A stretch of DNA of 64,000 nt from Eledone cirrhosa (GCA_964016885.1 OZ024742.1:205716001-205780000); one strand, 5' to 3'; positions 12,216 to 29,159 are shown, numbered from the stretch's first letter. Notes: generated by a model not told the origin, from the sequence alone. Translations and numbers: made by a program.

Positions 12216-14203
12216 ATCATTTATTTCACTGATCTCTTATCAATATATTGACAGCTTAATAGATACCATTCAAAATAGGCTGTATCCTATTTACCATAAT
12301 TCCATCTTAAAATCTTGCATAATAATTGGCACTGTTATCACAGTTTTGAAATTAAATAATCTCTCATTCTCTTTCTCTTGGTTTTCTTATTTAATTCATT
12401 ATTTCTAGACGTAACATTCAAGTCTTCATCTAGCTATTTGAATTTTTAAATTTACCTAAACATAAATACAATTGCTCAGGTTTCTAAAATAACATGATTG
12501 TTTTTTGAGTTATTTACATACTAGATGAAATGCTTGTATCTAAAATATATAGCTGTAAATGTGATAATGATAATTTTCCATAATGTTTTCTGTTTTAATA
12601 AAATGAAACATACAATCAGAATAATTTGTTCACTTCTAACTAACCCCCCCCCCCTCCCCATTTGTTTTTAAACCACAAAGTTACTTATGAAATTAGACAC
12701 TAACTTTATGTAACTGGTTTCATAATATATCAATTATTGTCATTATTTCATTTGTTTTTAAATACATAATATATAGTTTACTGGTTTACTGACGAGTTTT
12801 GTGGGTGGTCAGTCAGGGGTAGTTCTGCATACTAATATCCAACTTTTATATTTTTAATAAACTCTAAATTGTACCATAGTTTAAAAGATCTGCCATCTCT
12901 GATGTATAAAATTGTTTGTTCCTCAAAACAATACAACAATATGACATTTAGAAATTCTATTTCATATTTGTTTTTTCATGCTAATGAACCACCAGACCTC
13001 ATTAAATGCAGAATAGTTTACATATTGTTCTTCAATTGATTTAGATGGGATGGGGGGTGAAAAATTCTTTTGATTTCTGAAATTTATTGAAAAAAATAAG
13101 GGGTTTCCTTAAGAAATTACATTGTTTTGGTATCATGTAAAAAAAATGTTGTTTTTGACAATTTCTATTGAATTAATATATTGCTGGTTTGAAATAGATC
13201 TTGCAATCATCATTTCATATAATACTACCACTGTATTCAGCAGTTATAAATGTGTGTATGTGTATCTGTGTATGTGTGATGAGAATTTGGTCTGTATTTT
13301 CTTTAGCTTTACTACTGTGTAGATTGTTGATTGCAAGTTGTGTTGAAACCAGTTATATCTCAAAGCTGAAGAACAGAATACATTTCTGTTTATTTTATTA
13401 CAAAAACTTCCATTTAAAATATGGCAGATTTTTTTGCTTCATTTTGTGATTCTTTTTACAATAAAATGTATATAAAATATTACAACAATTTTTTTTTTTT
13501 TTTAGTATTAAAAAAAAAAGCTGTAAAATATACATTATCATTGCCTTATTTAAATTTCTCTTTAGGCAATAATTTTCCTTATTACTCTTACATAAAAAAA
13601 GTTATTTTTCTCTAGAATTATACAATTGATGTTGTTAATAATCTAATTAATAGACTAATAGGCCAGTATAATCACCTGTCTTTTCCTTCTTTATTTTTCA
13701 ATCTTCATAAATAACTTTTACACTTGGAGTAAAAGAATCATTATTTTATTTTGTTATATCTTTCAAAGAATTTATACCACATTGTTATCTTTTTTGCTTA
13801 AATCTCCTCCCACCAAACTATCAAGAATATTTTCTGGGCAAATTGCCCTTTTGTTGAACCAACTTTATATTTTCAATTGTCACTATCTTCAGTTTTTATC
13901 ACTTTTTCTTCAGTTTTTAAATCTTTACCTTAGTTAGGTGTTTTTTAAACTCTAATTCTTGCTGACAACACTCTTCTTTTTTCTCTTATTCCTCAACAAT
14001 GGCCTTATTTGCCGTGCACATTCATTTTTGGGATGGCTATATATACCTTATTTTTATCTATTCATTTTACCTTTATTTCAATCGAAGTTGGTATCTGTTG
14101 CTCTCTATGTCCTGTTGTCTCTTACTTATCCTTAGGCATGCACCTCATTTCCCCTGTGTGATTATGCCTAAGACTTGCTTTATTTAATATATATATATAT
14201 ATT

Positions 14204-14243
<40 letters not shown>

Positions 14244-16728
14244 GTTTTTTAATAATTTTTATTAATTTTTATTAACTGGAAATTTAAATCCAATATAGAG
14301 TTTCAATTGTGGTAGAAATGATGTTACAATTAAAAGTAATATCTTTAGTATAAATAAAATACTTGCAGCCTTTTGTTTGGAAGAAGGTACAAGTGCTAAA
14401 CCTTTTCTCTGATTGTTGTGATAGGAACAAATCTCTTGATTTATCAGTTTTCTCTAAAAAAAAGTTCACATTGATAATAACTTCACTCAGTTTCATGGTT
14501 ATTCACATATAAGCTACAGAGTGAGTTTGTTAATCACATCATACATATTCAAAATGTGTGCCAACAATTTTCTTCTAATGTTTTTGTTTAAATTCAGAAT
14601 AAATTGAAAATACATAAAATGATATCTAAAGATTTTAACAGTATATTATAAGCTTTATTTTTTTTACTGTTTTTGTTTTCTATAATAGTTCTTAGATTCC
14701 TCTTACATAGTCTCTAATGACAGTGCTATCAAACTGATCAGATTGTATACACTTTTTTATATACTTGCTTACACCACAAACCTTCCCTCTTAAAAGCTAA
14801 CAATAGCTTACATCAAAGTCTGATTGGTAATTTAACCATTTGTCTCCCATCTCTTGCACAATTTCTATTATTCTTATTTTCATCTGATGTAAATGTCATT
14901 AAAAATAATACTTGCATATTACTTCAATATTTTAGTTTAGTTTTTACCTGATAACACTTGAAAAATATTTTTAGTTGAAGGTAATAATAATAATAGTATT
15001 AATGATAATAATAGGCTTCAATGTTCAACAAAATTTAGAATTCAAACATAAAATTTAAATAACTATAATTTCTCAAACTAATTGAAGAAACGATAATGAT
15101 AATGAAAGGCTTGCTTTTAGTAGGGAATTAGCTTCCATTTCCTCCCATTACCACCTTGTTGTACAAGACTGTAATTCTCTCTAATGAACAATGCCTGAAT
15201 GACCCATTTCCATCACCTCCCTGCTGTCCACCCTTCCACACTGCTCTCTTGTTGTCTTAATCTGCCAGTACACTAGAGATCTATGGTCAGAATCCATTCC
15301 ATCTCATTGTATTCCAATCTTGCTGCCAACAAAGCTGGCTACTTAGCAATATTATTTCTTATTGCCTGCTATGTATTTTTTCTATAAAATGAAATTCTTC
15401 CACAGCTGTTGGAGATTATTTTTGCTTGTTTTATTCTTTAATTTCTTTTAGTTTAGTTTTGAATTCAACATTTTTTTCCACTGTTCTTAACTGCATTTTC
15501 AATTTTTTTCTTGCTTTATTCACTAACAAATACGCTTCTACTGACCTCTGCCCTATCAATTTGCTTCATTTTACACAGATCTTTGCATCATCCTTTTTTA
15601 AAATATTTATTTATTAAATACTTTGTCTTGATGAAATGGGATTAAATAATGCTTAGTGTTCTACAAAAACAATGAGGAACAACCATGCTTTGCTTTTCTG
15701 CAATAGCTAATAGTATTTTGAACCATCACACATTTTCTATTAAACAGAATGTTATACATAGATGGGTAGATTTTAAACCATTTCTTTATATATCTTGGAC
15801 TTTTATTATGAAAGCTTATGATCAGAATCCATTTTGTAGTTAGATTTAATTATGATAGGCTGCAAGACATCTTTAACAGAAGATACATTTTCAAGTTTTA
15901 TTGTGTTATAAGTACATCAGATAAATAATGTCATTATTATCATGAGCAACCCTAAATTTGCTAGAACAAAGGTCTCATTAGTATTTGGTCTTAAATTACT
16001 AAAAGCATAACAGTATTTTCCATCACCTCTTAAAGTACTTCTTTCCTACTAATCATAATCAATCATAAACTATTCTAAATCCAATTACATTCATAGTGCT
16101 TATTTTCATTTTTTTTTTTTTATGTGTTTCTAAAAATTTTGAAATTCAAACGTTTCATAAGTTAAGTTTTTGGGTTATTTTTAAAAAACCTTTTGTCATT
16201 TTAAATCTCTAACTTCTGAAACTACATTACAAACCTCTCCTACCCCGAACTGACAAAGTATTTCAGAAGTAACCTTTTATCAATATGTGTTTATCTAAAG
16301 TCTCACTGTAAATTCAATGGAGAAAATCTTTTCTCAACACTTCTAGGATTTCATTGAATCATTTTACAACCTGCTCCTTTTTAAACTCAGCTACATATCC
16401 ATCCTTGTTTCCTTACCTCTGGACTAAGCCCTTGCATAACTTTATCATTTATAATTAACATTTTTTTCTTTTAAATTTTCCTCTAATTAAGCTCATAAAA
16501 CTGCTAGTATGGCATGGCATCATATCAAGTTGCATGACTGTTTTTATTGTGCTTTTATGTTCTGGTTGTTTTCTGATCTTATATTTTAATTTTTTTTATT
16601 TTCAGTTTTGATTTATTACATGTTTTTTTTTTTGTTATGGCTTGCTTATATATATACTGAAGTAAAAGTTAAGTGGAAATATCCACGAGTAAGAGCTCTC
16701 AGTCCATGGTACGAATTTAGTATAGATA

Positions 16729-16868
16729 ATTACAACAGTGACATAAACAGGTACTCAACTTTCGTTGGGTTCTGGACCCCAATTCATTCAGCCTCATGAG
16801 AAGGGCTGAATGAATTGGGGCCGAAAACCCAACGACACTTGAGTACCTGTTTATGTCACTCTTGTAAT
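16729..16868. repeat. Hairpin/palindrome: 65-bp arms, 10-nt loop, 6 single-base mismatches
   Basis: The arm attacaacagtgacataaacaggtactcaa...ccccaattcattcagcc (16729-16793) is the reverse complement of ggctgaatgaattgggg...tgtcactcttgtaat (16804-16868). Confidence 0.95.
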
Positions 16869-18167
16869 ATATATATGTATATAGATATATATATATATGT
16901 ATATATATATATGTATGTGTATATATGTATATATATATATGTATGTGTATATATGTATATATATATGTATGTGTATATATGTATATATATATGTATGTGT
17001 ATATATGTATATATATATGTATGTGTATATATGTATATATATATGTATGTGTATATATGTATATATATATGTATGTGTATATATATATATGTGTATATAT
17101 GTATATATATATGTATGTGTATATATATATATGTGTATATATGTATGTGTATATATGTATATATATATGTATATATATATATATGTGTATATATGTATAT
17201 ATATATATATGTGTATATATGTATATATATATATATATGTGTATATATGTATATATATATGTGTGTATATATGTATATATATATATGTGTGTATATATGT
17301 ATATATATATATATGTGTATATATGTATATATATATATATATTTATATATGTATATATATATATATGTGTATATATGTATATATATATATATGTGTATAT
17401 ATGTATATATATATATATGTGTATATATGTATATATATATATATATGTGTATATATGTATATATATATATATGTGTATATATGTATATATATATATATAT
17501 GTGTATATATGTATATATATATATGTGTATATATGTATATATATATATGTGTATATATGTATATATATATATGTGTATATATGTATATATATATATGTGT
17601 ATATATGTATATATATATATGTGTATATATGTATATATATATATGTGTATATATGTATATATATATATGTGTATATATGTATATATATATATGTGTATAT
17701 ATGTATATATATATATGTGTATATATGTATATATATATATGTGTATATATGTATATATATATATGTGTATATATGTATATATATATATGTGTATATATGT
17801 ATATATATATATGTGTATATAAGTATATATATATATGTGTATATATGTATATATATATATATGTGTATATATGTATATATATATATGTGTATATATGTAT
17901 ATATATATATGTGTATATATGTATATATATATATGTGTATATATGTATATATATATATGTGTATATATGTATATATATATATATATGTGTATATATGTAT
18001 ATATATATATATGTGTATATATGTATATATATATATGTGTATATATGTATATATATATATATATATATGTGTATATATGTATATATATATATATGTGTAT
18101 ATATGTATATATATATATATGTGTATAGATGTATATATGTATATATATGTGTATAGATGTATATATA

Positions 18168-18231
18168 CCGTCCAAACCCATGCAAGCGTGGAACACGGAC
18201 GTTAAACGTTGATGATGATGATGATGATGAT
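18168..18231 (+). mobile_element. Extremely 5'-truncated RTE LINE/SINE 3' terminus with (GAT)n tail
   Basis: ccgtccaaacccatgcaagcgtggaacacggacgttaaacgtt(gat)n is identical to 36016-36076. Confidence 0.85.
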
Positions 18232-18292
18232 ATATATATATATGTGTATAGATGTATATATATATATATGTGTGTATAGATGTATATATATA

Positions 18293-18323
<31 letters not shown>

Positions 18324-18380
18324 GTGTGTATATATGTATATATATATGTATGTGTATATATGTATGTGAATATATGTATG

Positions 18381-18411
<31 letters not shown>

Positions 18412-18519
18412 GTGTATGTTTATATATATGTATGTATATGTATATATATATGTATGTAGCTGTATATGTATATATATATATGTATATATAAATACAGATA
18501 CATACATATATATATATAC

Positions 18520-18559
<40 letters not shown>

Positions 18560-18571
18560 GTATATATATAT

Positions 18572-18648
<77 letters not shown>

Positions 18649-18747
18649 CATATATATATGTATATGTGTATATATATATATATATACGATATTAATTAAA
18701 TGGAAACTATTTATAAAACCATTTAAATAAAACTTTGCATATATATT

Positions 18748-18790
<43 letters not shown>

Positions 18791-18791
18791 G

Positions 18792-18824
<33 letters not shown>

Positions 18825-18907
18825 GTATATATATATATAGTTATATATATATATTTATATATATATATATTTATATATATATGTATATATATATTTATAT
18901 ATATATG

Positions 18908-18942
<35 letters not shown>

Positions 18943-18977
18943 ATATTTATATATATGTATATATATATATTTATATA

Positions 18978-19064
<87 letters not shown>

Positions 19065-19160
19065 ATATTTATATATATATGTATATATATATATTTATAT
19101 ATATATTTATATATATATGTATATATATATATTTATATATATATGTATATATATATATTT

Positions 19161-19920
19161 ATTATTATTATGTAATAAGCAACATAAGGCAATTATTCCA
19201 TTTACCAGTGGTTTCTTAAAAGCAAAAGGTTTTGCTTTCAATCCTCAGAATGAAAAATCCTGGTTTGTTTATTGAATATGGATTCTAAAAACAAAAATGC
19301 AATCTATATGATAGTGAGGCTGGAAAAGGGAGAAGGAAAGGAAAAATAAAATAAAACTACACATGCAAACACACACAAAAAAACACAAAAGCATACTTAC
19401 ACACACATACATGTATACACATATATATAAATGCACGCATACACATATACATATACACATATATATATATATAAAGAGCGTACACCTACACACACATACA
19501 CATATATACACACATATACACATACATATATTCATACATACACACACACACACACATATTAGTGTGTAGGTGTACGCTCTTTATATGTGTGTAGGTGTAC
19601 GCTCTTTATATATATATATATGTGTATATGTATATGTGTATGCGTGCATTTATATATATGTGTATACATGTATGTGTGTGTAAGTATGCTTTTGTGTTTT
19701 TTTGTGTGTTTGCATGTGTAGTTTTATTTTATTTTTCCTTTCCTTCTCCCTTTTCCAGCCTCACTTTCATATAGATTGCATTTTTGTTTTTAGAATCCAT
19801 ATTCAATAAACAAACCAGGATTTTTCATTCTGAGGATTGAAAGCAAAACCTTTTGCTTTTAAGAAACCACTGGTAAATGGAATAATTGCCTTATGTTGTT
19901 TATTACATAATAATAATAAT
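19161..19920. repeat. Long near-perfect inverted repeat (arms ~19161-19495 and ~19587-19920)
   Basis: For example gcaattattccatttaccagtggtttcttaaaagcaaaagg vs ccttttgcttttaagaaaccactggtaaatggaataattgc. Only a few substitutions or indels separate the arms. Confidence 0.95.
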
Positions 19921-20008
19921 TAAGCTCTGTTGCATACATAGAGCACTCTTTTTTCCTGGACTTTTCCGATGGAATTACTTCATTCACACATATATATATA
20001 TTTATATA

Positions 20009-20055
<47 letters not shown>

Positions 20056-20128
20056 GTATATATATATGTATATATATATGTATATGTATATATATATGTA
20101 TATATATATATATATGTATATATATATG

Positions 20129-20209
<81 letters not shown>

Positions 20210-20246
20210 GTATATATATATGTATATATATATATATATGTATATA

Positions 20247-20286
<40 letters not shown>

Positions 20287-21576
20287 TGTATATGTATATA
20301 GTAGGTGAGTTTTATTGTAGCACTGCAAATTTCGGATAAGTAGCACTCAGCAGTTTATTAGACTAGAATATATATAAGAAATTAAAAGATGGTTAAAAAA
20401 GTTCCATGTATTTTATTATGCGCATTTCAAAAACAAATATCATCCTGGGACGATATTTGCGTTCTCAACAGATTATATAGGGAGACATGATATGAAGTTT
20501 AAAAAATAACACTTGTGAGCAAGGTAGTGTCTAATCAGTATATATGTATATATATATATGTGTATATAGATATATATATGTGTGTGTGTGTATATATATA
20601 TATATATGTATATATGTGTATATATATATATATGTATGTATATGTATATATGTATATATATGGATATATGTATATATGTATATGTGTATATGTATATATA
20701 TATGGATATATGTATATGTGTATATATATATGTGTATATGTATATATATATGTGTATATATATATATGTATGTGTACATGTATATGTGTGTATGTGTATA
20801 TGTGTATATGTGTATATATGTATATATATGTATGTATATGTATTTATATATATATGTATATATATGTATATATATGTATGTATATATATGTATATGTATA
20901 TATATATGTGTATGTATATATGTGTATATGTATGTATATATGTGTATATGTATATATATATGTGTATATGTATATATATATGTGTATATGTATGTATATA
21001 TGTGTATATGTATGTATATATGTGTATATGTATGTATATATGTGTATATGTATATATATATGTGTATATGTATATATATATGTGTGTATATGTATATATA
21101 TATGTGTATGTATATATGTGTATATGTATGTATATATGTGTATATGTATGTATATATGTGTATGTATGTATATATGTGTGTATATATATGTGTGTATATG
21201 TGTATATGTATGTATATATGTATATGTATGTATATATGTATATGTATGTATATGTGTATATGTATGAATATGTGTATATGTATGAATATGTATGTATATA
21301 TGTATATATATGTATATGTATATATGTATGTATATGTATATATGTATGTATATATATATGTGTATAGGTATGTATGTATATATATATATATATATATTTA
21401 TGTATGTATATATATATATATATATATATTTATGTATATATATATATATTTATGTGTATATATATATATATATATTTATGTGTATATATATATATATATA
21501 TTTATGTATATATATATATATATATTTATGTATATATATATATATATATATTTATGTATGTATATATATATTTATG

Positions 21577-21613
<37 letters not shown>

Positions 21614-21614
21614 G

Positions 21615-21655
<41 letters not shown>

Positions 21656-22079
21656 GTATATATATATATATATATTTATGTATATATATATATATATATT
21701 TATGTATATATATATATATATATTTATGTATATATATATATATATATTTATGTATATATATATATATATTTATGTATATATATATATATATATATATATT
21801 TATGTATATATATATATATATTTATGTATATATATATATATATTTATGTATATATATATATATATATATTTATGTATATATATATATATTTATGTATATA
21901 TATATATGTTTATGTATATATATATATATATATATTTATGTATATATATATATATATTTATGTATATATATATATATATATTTATGTATATATATATTTA
22001 AGTATATATATATATATATTTATGTATATATATATTTATGTATATATATATATATGTATGTATATATATATATGTATGT

Positions 22080-22129
<50 letters not shown>

Positions 22130-22776
22130 ATATATATGTATATATATATATGTATATATATATATGTATATATATGTATGTATGTATATATATATATGTA
22201 TATATATATATGTATATATATATATGTATATATATGTATGTATGTATATATATATATATATTTATGTATATATATATATATATATTTATGTATATATATA
22301 TATATATTTATGTATATATATATATATATTTATGTATATATATATATATATATTTATGTATATATATATATATATATATTTATGTATATATATATATATT
22401 TATGTATATATATATATTTATGTATATATATATATATATATTTATGTATATATATATATATTTATGTATATATATATATTTATGTATATATATATATATA
22501 TATTTATGTATATATATATATATTTATGTATATATATATATATTTATGTATATATATATTTATGTATATATATATATATTTATGTATATATATATATATT
22601 TATGTATATATATATATATTTATGTATATATATATATATTTATGTATATATATATATATGTATATATGTATGTATGTATATATATATATGTATATATATA
22701 TATGTATGTATATATATATATGTATATATATGTATGTATATATATATATGTATATATATATATGTATGTATGTATG

Positions 22777-22807
<31 letters not shown>

Positions 22808-23078
22808 ATATATATGCATGTATGTATATATGTATGTATATATATATGTATGTATATATGTATGTATATATATATGTATGTATATATATATGTATGTATA
22901 TGTATATATATATGTATGTATATATATATGTATGTATATATATATGTATGTATATGTATATATATATGTATGTATATATATATGTATGTATATGTATGTA
23001 TATGTATGTATATATGTATATATATATGTATGTATATATATATATGTATGTATATATATATGTATGTATGTATGTATG

Positions 23079-23109
<31 letters not shown>

Positions 23110-23124
23110 ATATATATATGTATG

Positions 23125-23157
<33 letters not shown>

Positions 23158-23256
23158 GTATATATATATATATATGTATGTATGTATATATATATGCATG
23201 TATGTATATATGTATGTATGTATATATATATGCATGTATGTATATATGTATGTATG

Positions 23257-23343
<87 letters not shown>

Positions 23344-23598
23344 ATATATATGCATGTATGTATATATGTATGTATATATGTATGTATGTATATATATATG
23401 CATGTATGTATATATGTATGTATATATATATGTATGTATATATATATGTATGTATATGTATATATATATGTATGTATATATATATGTATGTATATATATA
23501 TGTATGTATATGTATGTATATATGTATGTATATATATATGTATGTATATATATATGTATGTATATGTATGTATATATGTATGTATATATGTATGTATG

Positions 23599-23631
<33 letters not shown>

Positions 23632-23666
23632 ATATATATATGTATGTATATATATATATGTATGTA

Positions 23667-23699
<33 letters not shown>

Positions 23700-23704
23700 A
23701 TATG

Positions 23705-23735
<31 letters not shown>

Positions 23736-23934
23736 GTATATATATATGTATGTATGTATATATATGTATGTATGTATGTATATATATATGTATGTATGTA
23801 TGTATGTATATATACATATATATATGTATGTATGTATATATATGTATGTATGTATATATATATATATATGTATGTATATATATATATATATGTATGTATA
23901 TATATGTATATATGTATGTATATATATGTATGTA

Positions 23935-23970
<36 letters not shown>

Positions 23971-24700
23971 TGTATATATATATATATGTATGTATATATA
24001 TATATATGTATGTATATATGTATGTATGTATATATATATGTATGTATATATGTATGTATATATATGTATGTATGTATGTATATATGTATGTATGTATGTA
24101 TATATGTATGTATGTATATATATATGTATGTATATACATATGTATGTATATATATATGTATGTATATACATATGTATGTATATATATATGTATGTATATA
24201 CATATGTATGTATATATATATGTATGTATGTATATATATATGTATGTATATATGTATGTATATATATATGTATGTATATATGTATGTATATATATATGTA
24301 TGTATATATATATGTATGTATGTATATATATATATGTATGTATATATATATGTATGTATATATATATGTATGTATATATATATGTATGTATATATATATG
24401 TATGTATATATATATGTATGTATATATATATGTATGTATATATATATGTATATATGTATGTATATATATATATATGTATATGTATGTATATGTATATGTA
24501 TGTATATGTATGTATGTATATATATATATATATATGTATGTATATATGTATGTATGTATATATATATATATATATGTATGTATATATGTATGTATGTATG
24601 TATATATATATGTATGTATATATATATGTATGTATGTATATATATATGTATGTATATATATATGTATGTATGTATATATATATGTATGTATGTATGTATG

Positions 24701-24731
<31 letters not shown>

Positions 24732-24764
24732 GTATATATGTATATATATATGTAAATATATATG

Positions 24765-24799
<35 letters not shown>

Positions 24800-25039
24800 G
24801 TATATATGTAAATATATATGTATATATATATATATATATGTATATGTATGTGTATGTATATGTATATATATATATGTGTATGTGTATATGTATATATATA
24901 TATGTATATATATATATGTATATATATATATGTATATATATATGTGTATATATATATGTGTATATGTATATATGTGTATATGTATATATATGTATATGTA
25001 TATATATATGTGTATATGTATATATATGTGTATATATAT

Positions 25040-25079
<40 letters not shown>

Positions 25080-25091
25080 GTGTATATATAT

Positions 25092-25129
<38 letters not shown>

Positions 25130-25186
25130 GTTTATATATATGTATATATATATATGTATATGTATATATGTGTATATGTATATGTG

Positions 25187-25243
<57 letters not shown>

Positions 25244-25442
25244 GTATATATATGTATATATTTATGTATATATATGTATATATATGTATGTATATATGTA
25301 TGTATATATGTATGTGTATATATATATGTGTATATATATATGTATATAAGTATGTATATATATATGTATATAAGTATGTATATATATATGTATATATGTA
25401 TATATATATATATGTATGTATATATATGTATATATATATATT

Positions 25443-25524
<82 letters not shown>

Positions 25525-25875
25525 TATATATATGTATATATATATGTATATATATATATGTATGTATATATATATGTATACATATATATGTATATATATA
25601 TATATACATGTATATATATGTATACGTATGTGTATATATGTGTGTATTTATACGTATATATGTATGTGTATATATGTGTGTATTTATACGTATATATGTA
25701 TGTGTATATTTATGTATATATATGTATATATATTCATGTATATTTATATGTATATATGTATATATATACATGTATATATATATGTATATATGTATTTTTT
25801 AAATATGTATATATATACATGTATATATATACATATATACATATAAATATATATATATGTATATATATGTATATA

Positions 25876-25910
<35 letters not shown>

Positions 25911-25999
25911 ATATATACATATATATATACATACATATATATACATATATATATACATGTATATATATATACATACATATATACATATATATATGTATG

Positions 26000-26041
<42 letters not shown>

Positions 26042-26103
26042 TATGTATGTATATATATATATATATATGTATGTATATATGTATGTATATATATGTATGT
26101 ATG

Positions 26104-26165
<62 letters not shown>

Positions 26166-26185
26166 TATATGTATGTATATGTATG

Positions 26186-26221
<36 letters not shown>

Positions 26222-26433
26222 TATATGTATGTATATGTATGTATGTATATGTATGTATATATATATATGTATGTATATATGTATGTATATATGTATGTAT
26301 ATATATGTATGTATACATATATATATGTATGTATGTATATATATATATATGTATGTGTATATATATGTATGTATATATATATGTATGTGTATATATATGT
26401 ATGTATATATATATGTATATATATATATGTGTA

Positions 26434-26466
<33 letters not shown>

Positions 26467-26711
26467 ATGTATATATATATATATGTATATGTATATATGT
26501 ATATGTATATATATATATATGTGTATATGTATATATGTATATATATATATATATATATGTCTGTATATATATATGTCTGTATATATATATGTATATATAT
26601 ATGTATATATATATGAATATATGTATATATGTATATGTATATATGTATATGTATATATATATATATGTATATATGTATATATATATATGTATATATGTAT
26701 ATATATATATT

Positions 26712-26742
<31 letters not shown>

Positions 26743-26874
26743 GTATATATATATATTTATATATATATATTTATATATATATATGTATATATGTATATAT
26801 ATATATGTATATATGTATATATATATATTTATATATATATATTTATATATATGTATGTATATATATATATATAT

Positions 26875-27335
26875 GAATGTCTCATGGTCGGGTCGTTGGC
26901 GACTAAACTGGCAACCCCACCAAGGTAGGCCAAAGGAGCTCTTAAGAGTCAATGGCCATCCAAATTCACCAGGAAAACTCTGATATAACACCTGCAACCC
27001 TGATGGTATCCAATGATGTTGACTTGTTCTTCTTTTTGGTAAATATCATCTTGGTTAAGAGAGTGGGACTGGCTTTGTGCAGTGCCTTTGCTCACTATAA
27101 AAGCTTCACAGCACAGGCATTGCTTTATATCTGGAGATCTCTCTACACTTTTCATCATATGGTACCATGGGCCCAGCACTGTGTGTCAATAATTGTCACA
27201 AGTGTAGTGTTTGTACCAGAGTTTTCAAGTCGCTGGCTGGACTAAAACGTCACACTCGTTCAGCCTATCGGTAGGGGTTCTCCTACATGGATATAAAGTA
27301 GTGGCCGTACTCAAGAACGAGTTGGCAGCCACCAT
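26875..27335 (+). mobile_element. Unclassified dispersed repeat embedded in (TA)n, copy 1
   Basis: 26971-27335 is highly similar to 37067-37435 and shares the right end gagttggcagccaccat next to (TA)n. Orientation is inferred from the shared end. Confidence 0.7.
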
Positions 27336-27350
27336 GTATATATATATGTA

Positions 27351-27383
<33 letters not shown>

Positions 27384-27889
27384 TATATATGTATGCATAT
27401 ATGTTTATTAATATGTATATACGTATTTTTTTTCTTCCTTGTGCAATGGCGTTATTCGATCACGAGGGTCAGTCATCATCATGTATATATGTATGTATAT
27501 ATGTATATAAATATATGTATGTATATAAATATATGTGTGTATGTATATATGTATAAAAATATATATATATATATATGTATATAAATATATATGTATATAT
27601 ATATATATGTAAATGTATATATGTATGTATATAAATATATGTGTATATATATATGTATATATATATATATGTATATATATAGTTGTATATATATATATAT
27701 ATATGTCTATATATGTATATATATATATGTATATATATATTTGTATATATATGTATATGTATATATGTATATATATATATGTATGTATATGTATGTATAT
27801 ATATGTATATATATATATGTATGTATATGTATGTATATATATGTATATATATATATATATGTATGTATATATATATATATATATGTATG

Positions 27890-27932
<43 letters not shown>

Positions 27933-28251
27933 GTATATATGTATGTATGTATATATGTATGTATATATATGTATGTATGTATATATGTATGTATATATAT
28001 GTATGTATGTATATATTTATGTATATATATTTATGTATATGTATGTATGTATATGTGTGTGTATGTATATATGTATATATATGTGTGTATGTATATAAAT
28101 ATGTGTGTATGTATATATGTATATAAATATATATGTATGTATATATGTATATAAATATATATGTATATATATATATGTAAATGTATATATGTATATGTAT
28201 GTATATATATATGTATGTGTATATATATATGTATATATGTATGTGTATATA

Positions 28252-28320
<69 letters not shown>

Positions 28321-28710
28321 GTATATATGTATATATATATATGTATATATATATATGTATATATATATATGTATATATATATATGTATATATATATATGT
28401 ATATATATATATGTATATGTATATATATATATGTATATATATATATGTATATATATATATGTATATATATATATGTATATATATATATGTATATATATGT
28501 ATATATGTATATATATATATGTATATATATATATGTATATATATATATGTGTATATATATATGTGTATATATATATATATATGTGTATATATATATATAT
28601 ATGTGTATATATATATATATATGTGTATATATATATATGTGTATATATATATGTATGTCTATATATGTATATATGTATATATATATGTGTATATGTATAT
28701 ATATATGTAT

Positions 28711-29057
28711 GTCATCATCACTGTTTTACGTCCGTTCTTCCACGCTAGCATGGGTTAGACGGGTTGTCCTGTTGTGGGCAGTGTCTGGTCGGCTGACCAT
28801 GCCTTGCTCATACAGGAACTGATTTGGCTTGATTTCTACAGCTGGATGCCCTTCCTAACACCAACCTCATTTACAGTGAGTGATGGGTGCTTTTTCGTTG
28901 CGCCTACACGTCCACTTTACAGTGTGGGCTGGGTGCTTTTTTGCCGTGGCTCCTCCACGTGGCACCTCCACGGTGGGAGGTGTGGGGGCATATTGTCTAT
29001 ATGCTTCAGCTTGTACCCATGGGAGGTCCGGTACTCTGTATTACTGCGTGACGCCAG
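28711..29057 (-). mobile_element. RTE LINE-related 3' UTR fragment with short (GAT)n tail
   Basis: The reverse complement ends cccgtctaacccatgctagcgtggaagaacggacgtaaaacagtgatgatgac, similar to 36016-36076. It also shares gctggatgcccttcctaacaccaacc. Confidence 0.8.
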
Positions 29058-29088
<31 letters not shown>

Positions 29089-29122
29089 GTATGTACATAT
29101 ATGTATGTATGTATATATATGT

Positions 29123-29159
<37 letters not shown>

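Noticed and set aside
17500-17960. Regular ~22-nt repeats superficially like a CRISPR array
   Set aside because: There are no unique spacers and no cas genes, and the context is eukaryotic. It is a minisatellite built from microsatellite units.
26885-26935. gtcgttggcgac hairpin considered as part of an HDV-like ribozyme
   Set aside because: I could not assemble the nested double pseudoknot by eye.
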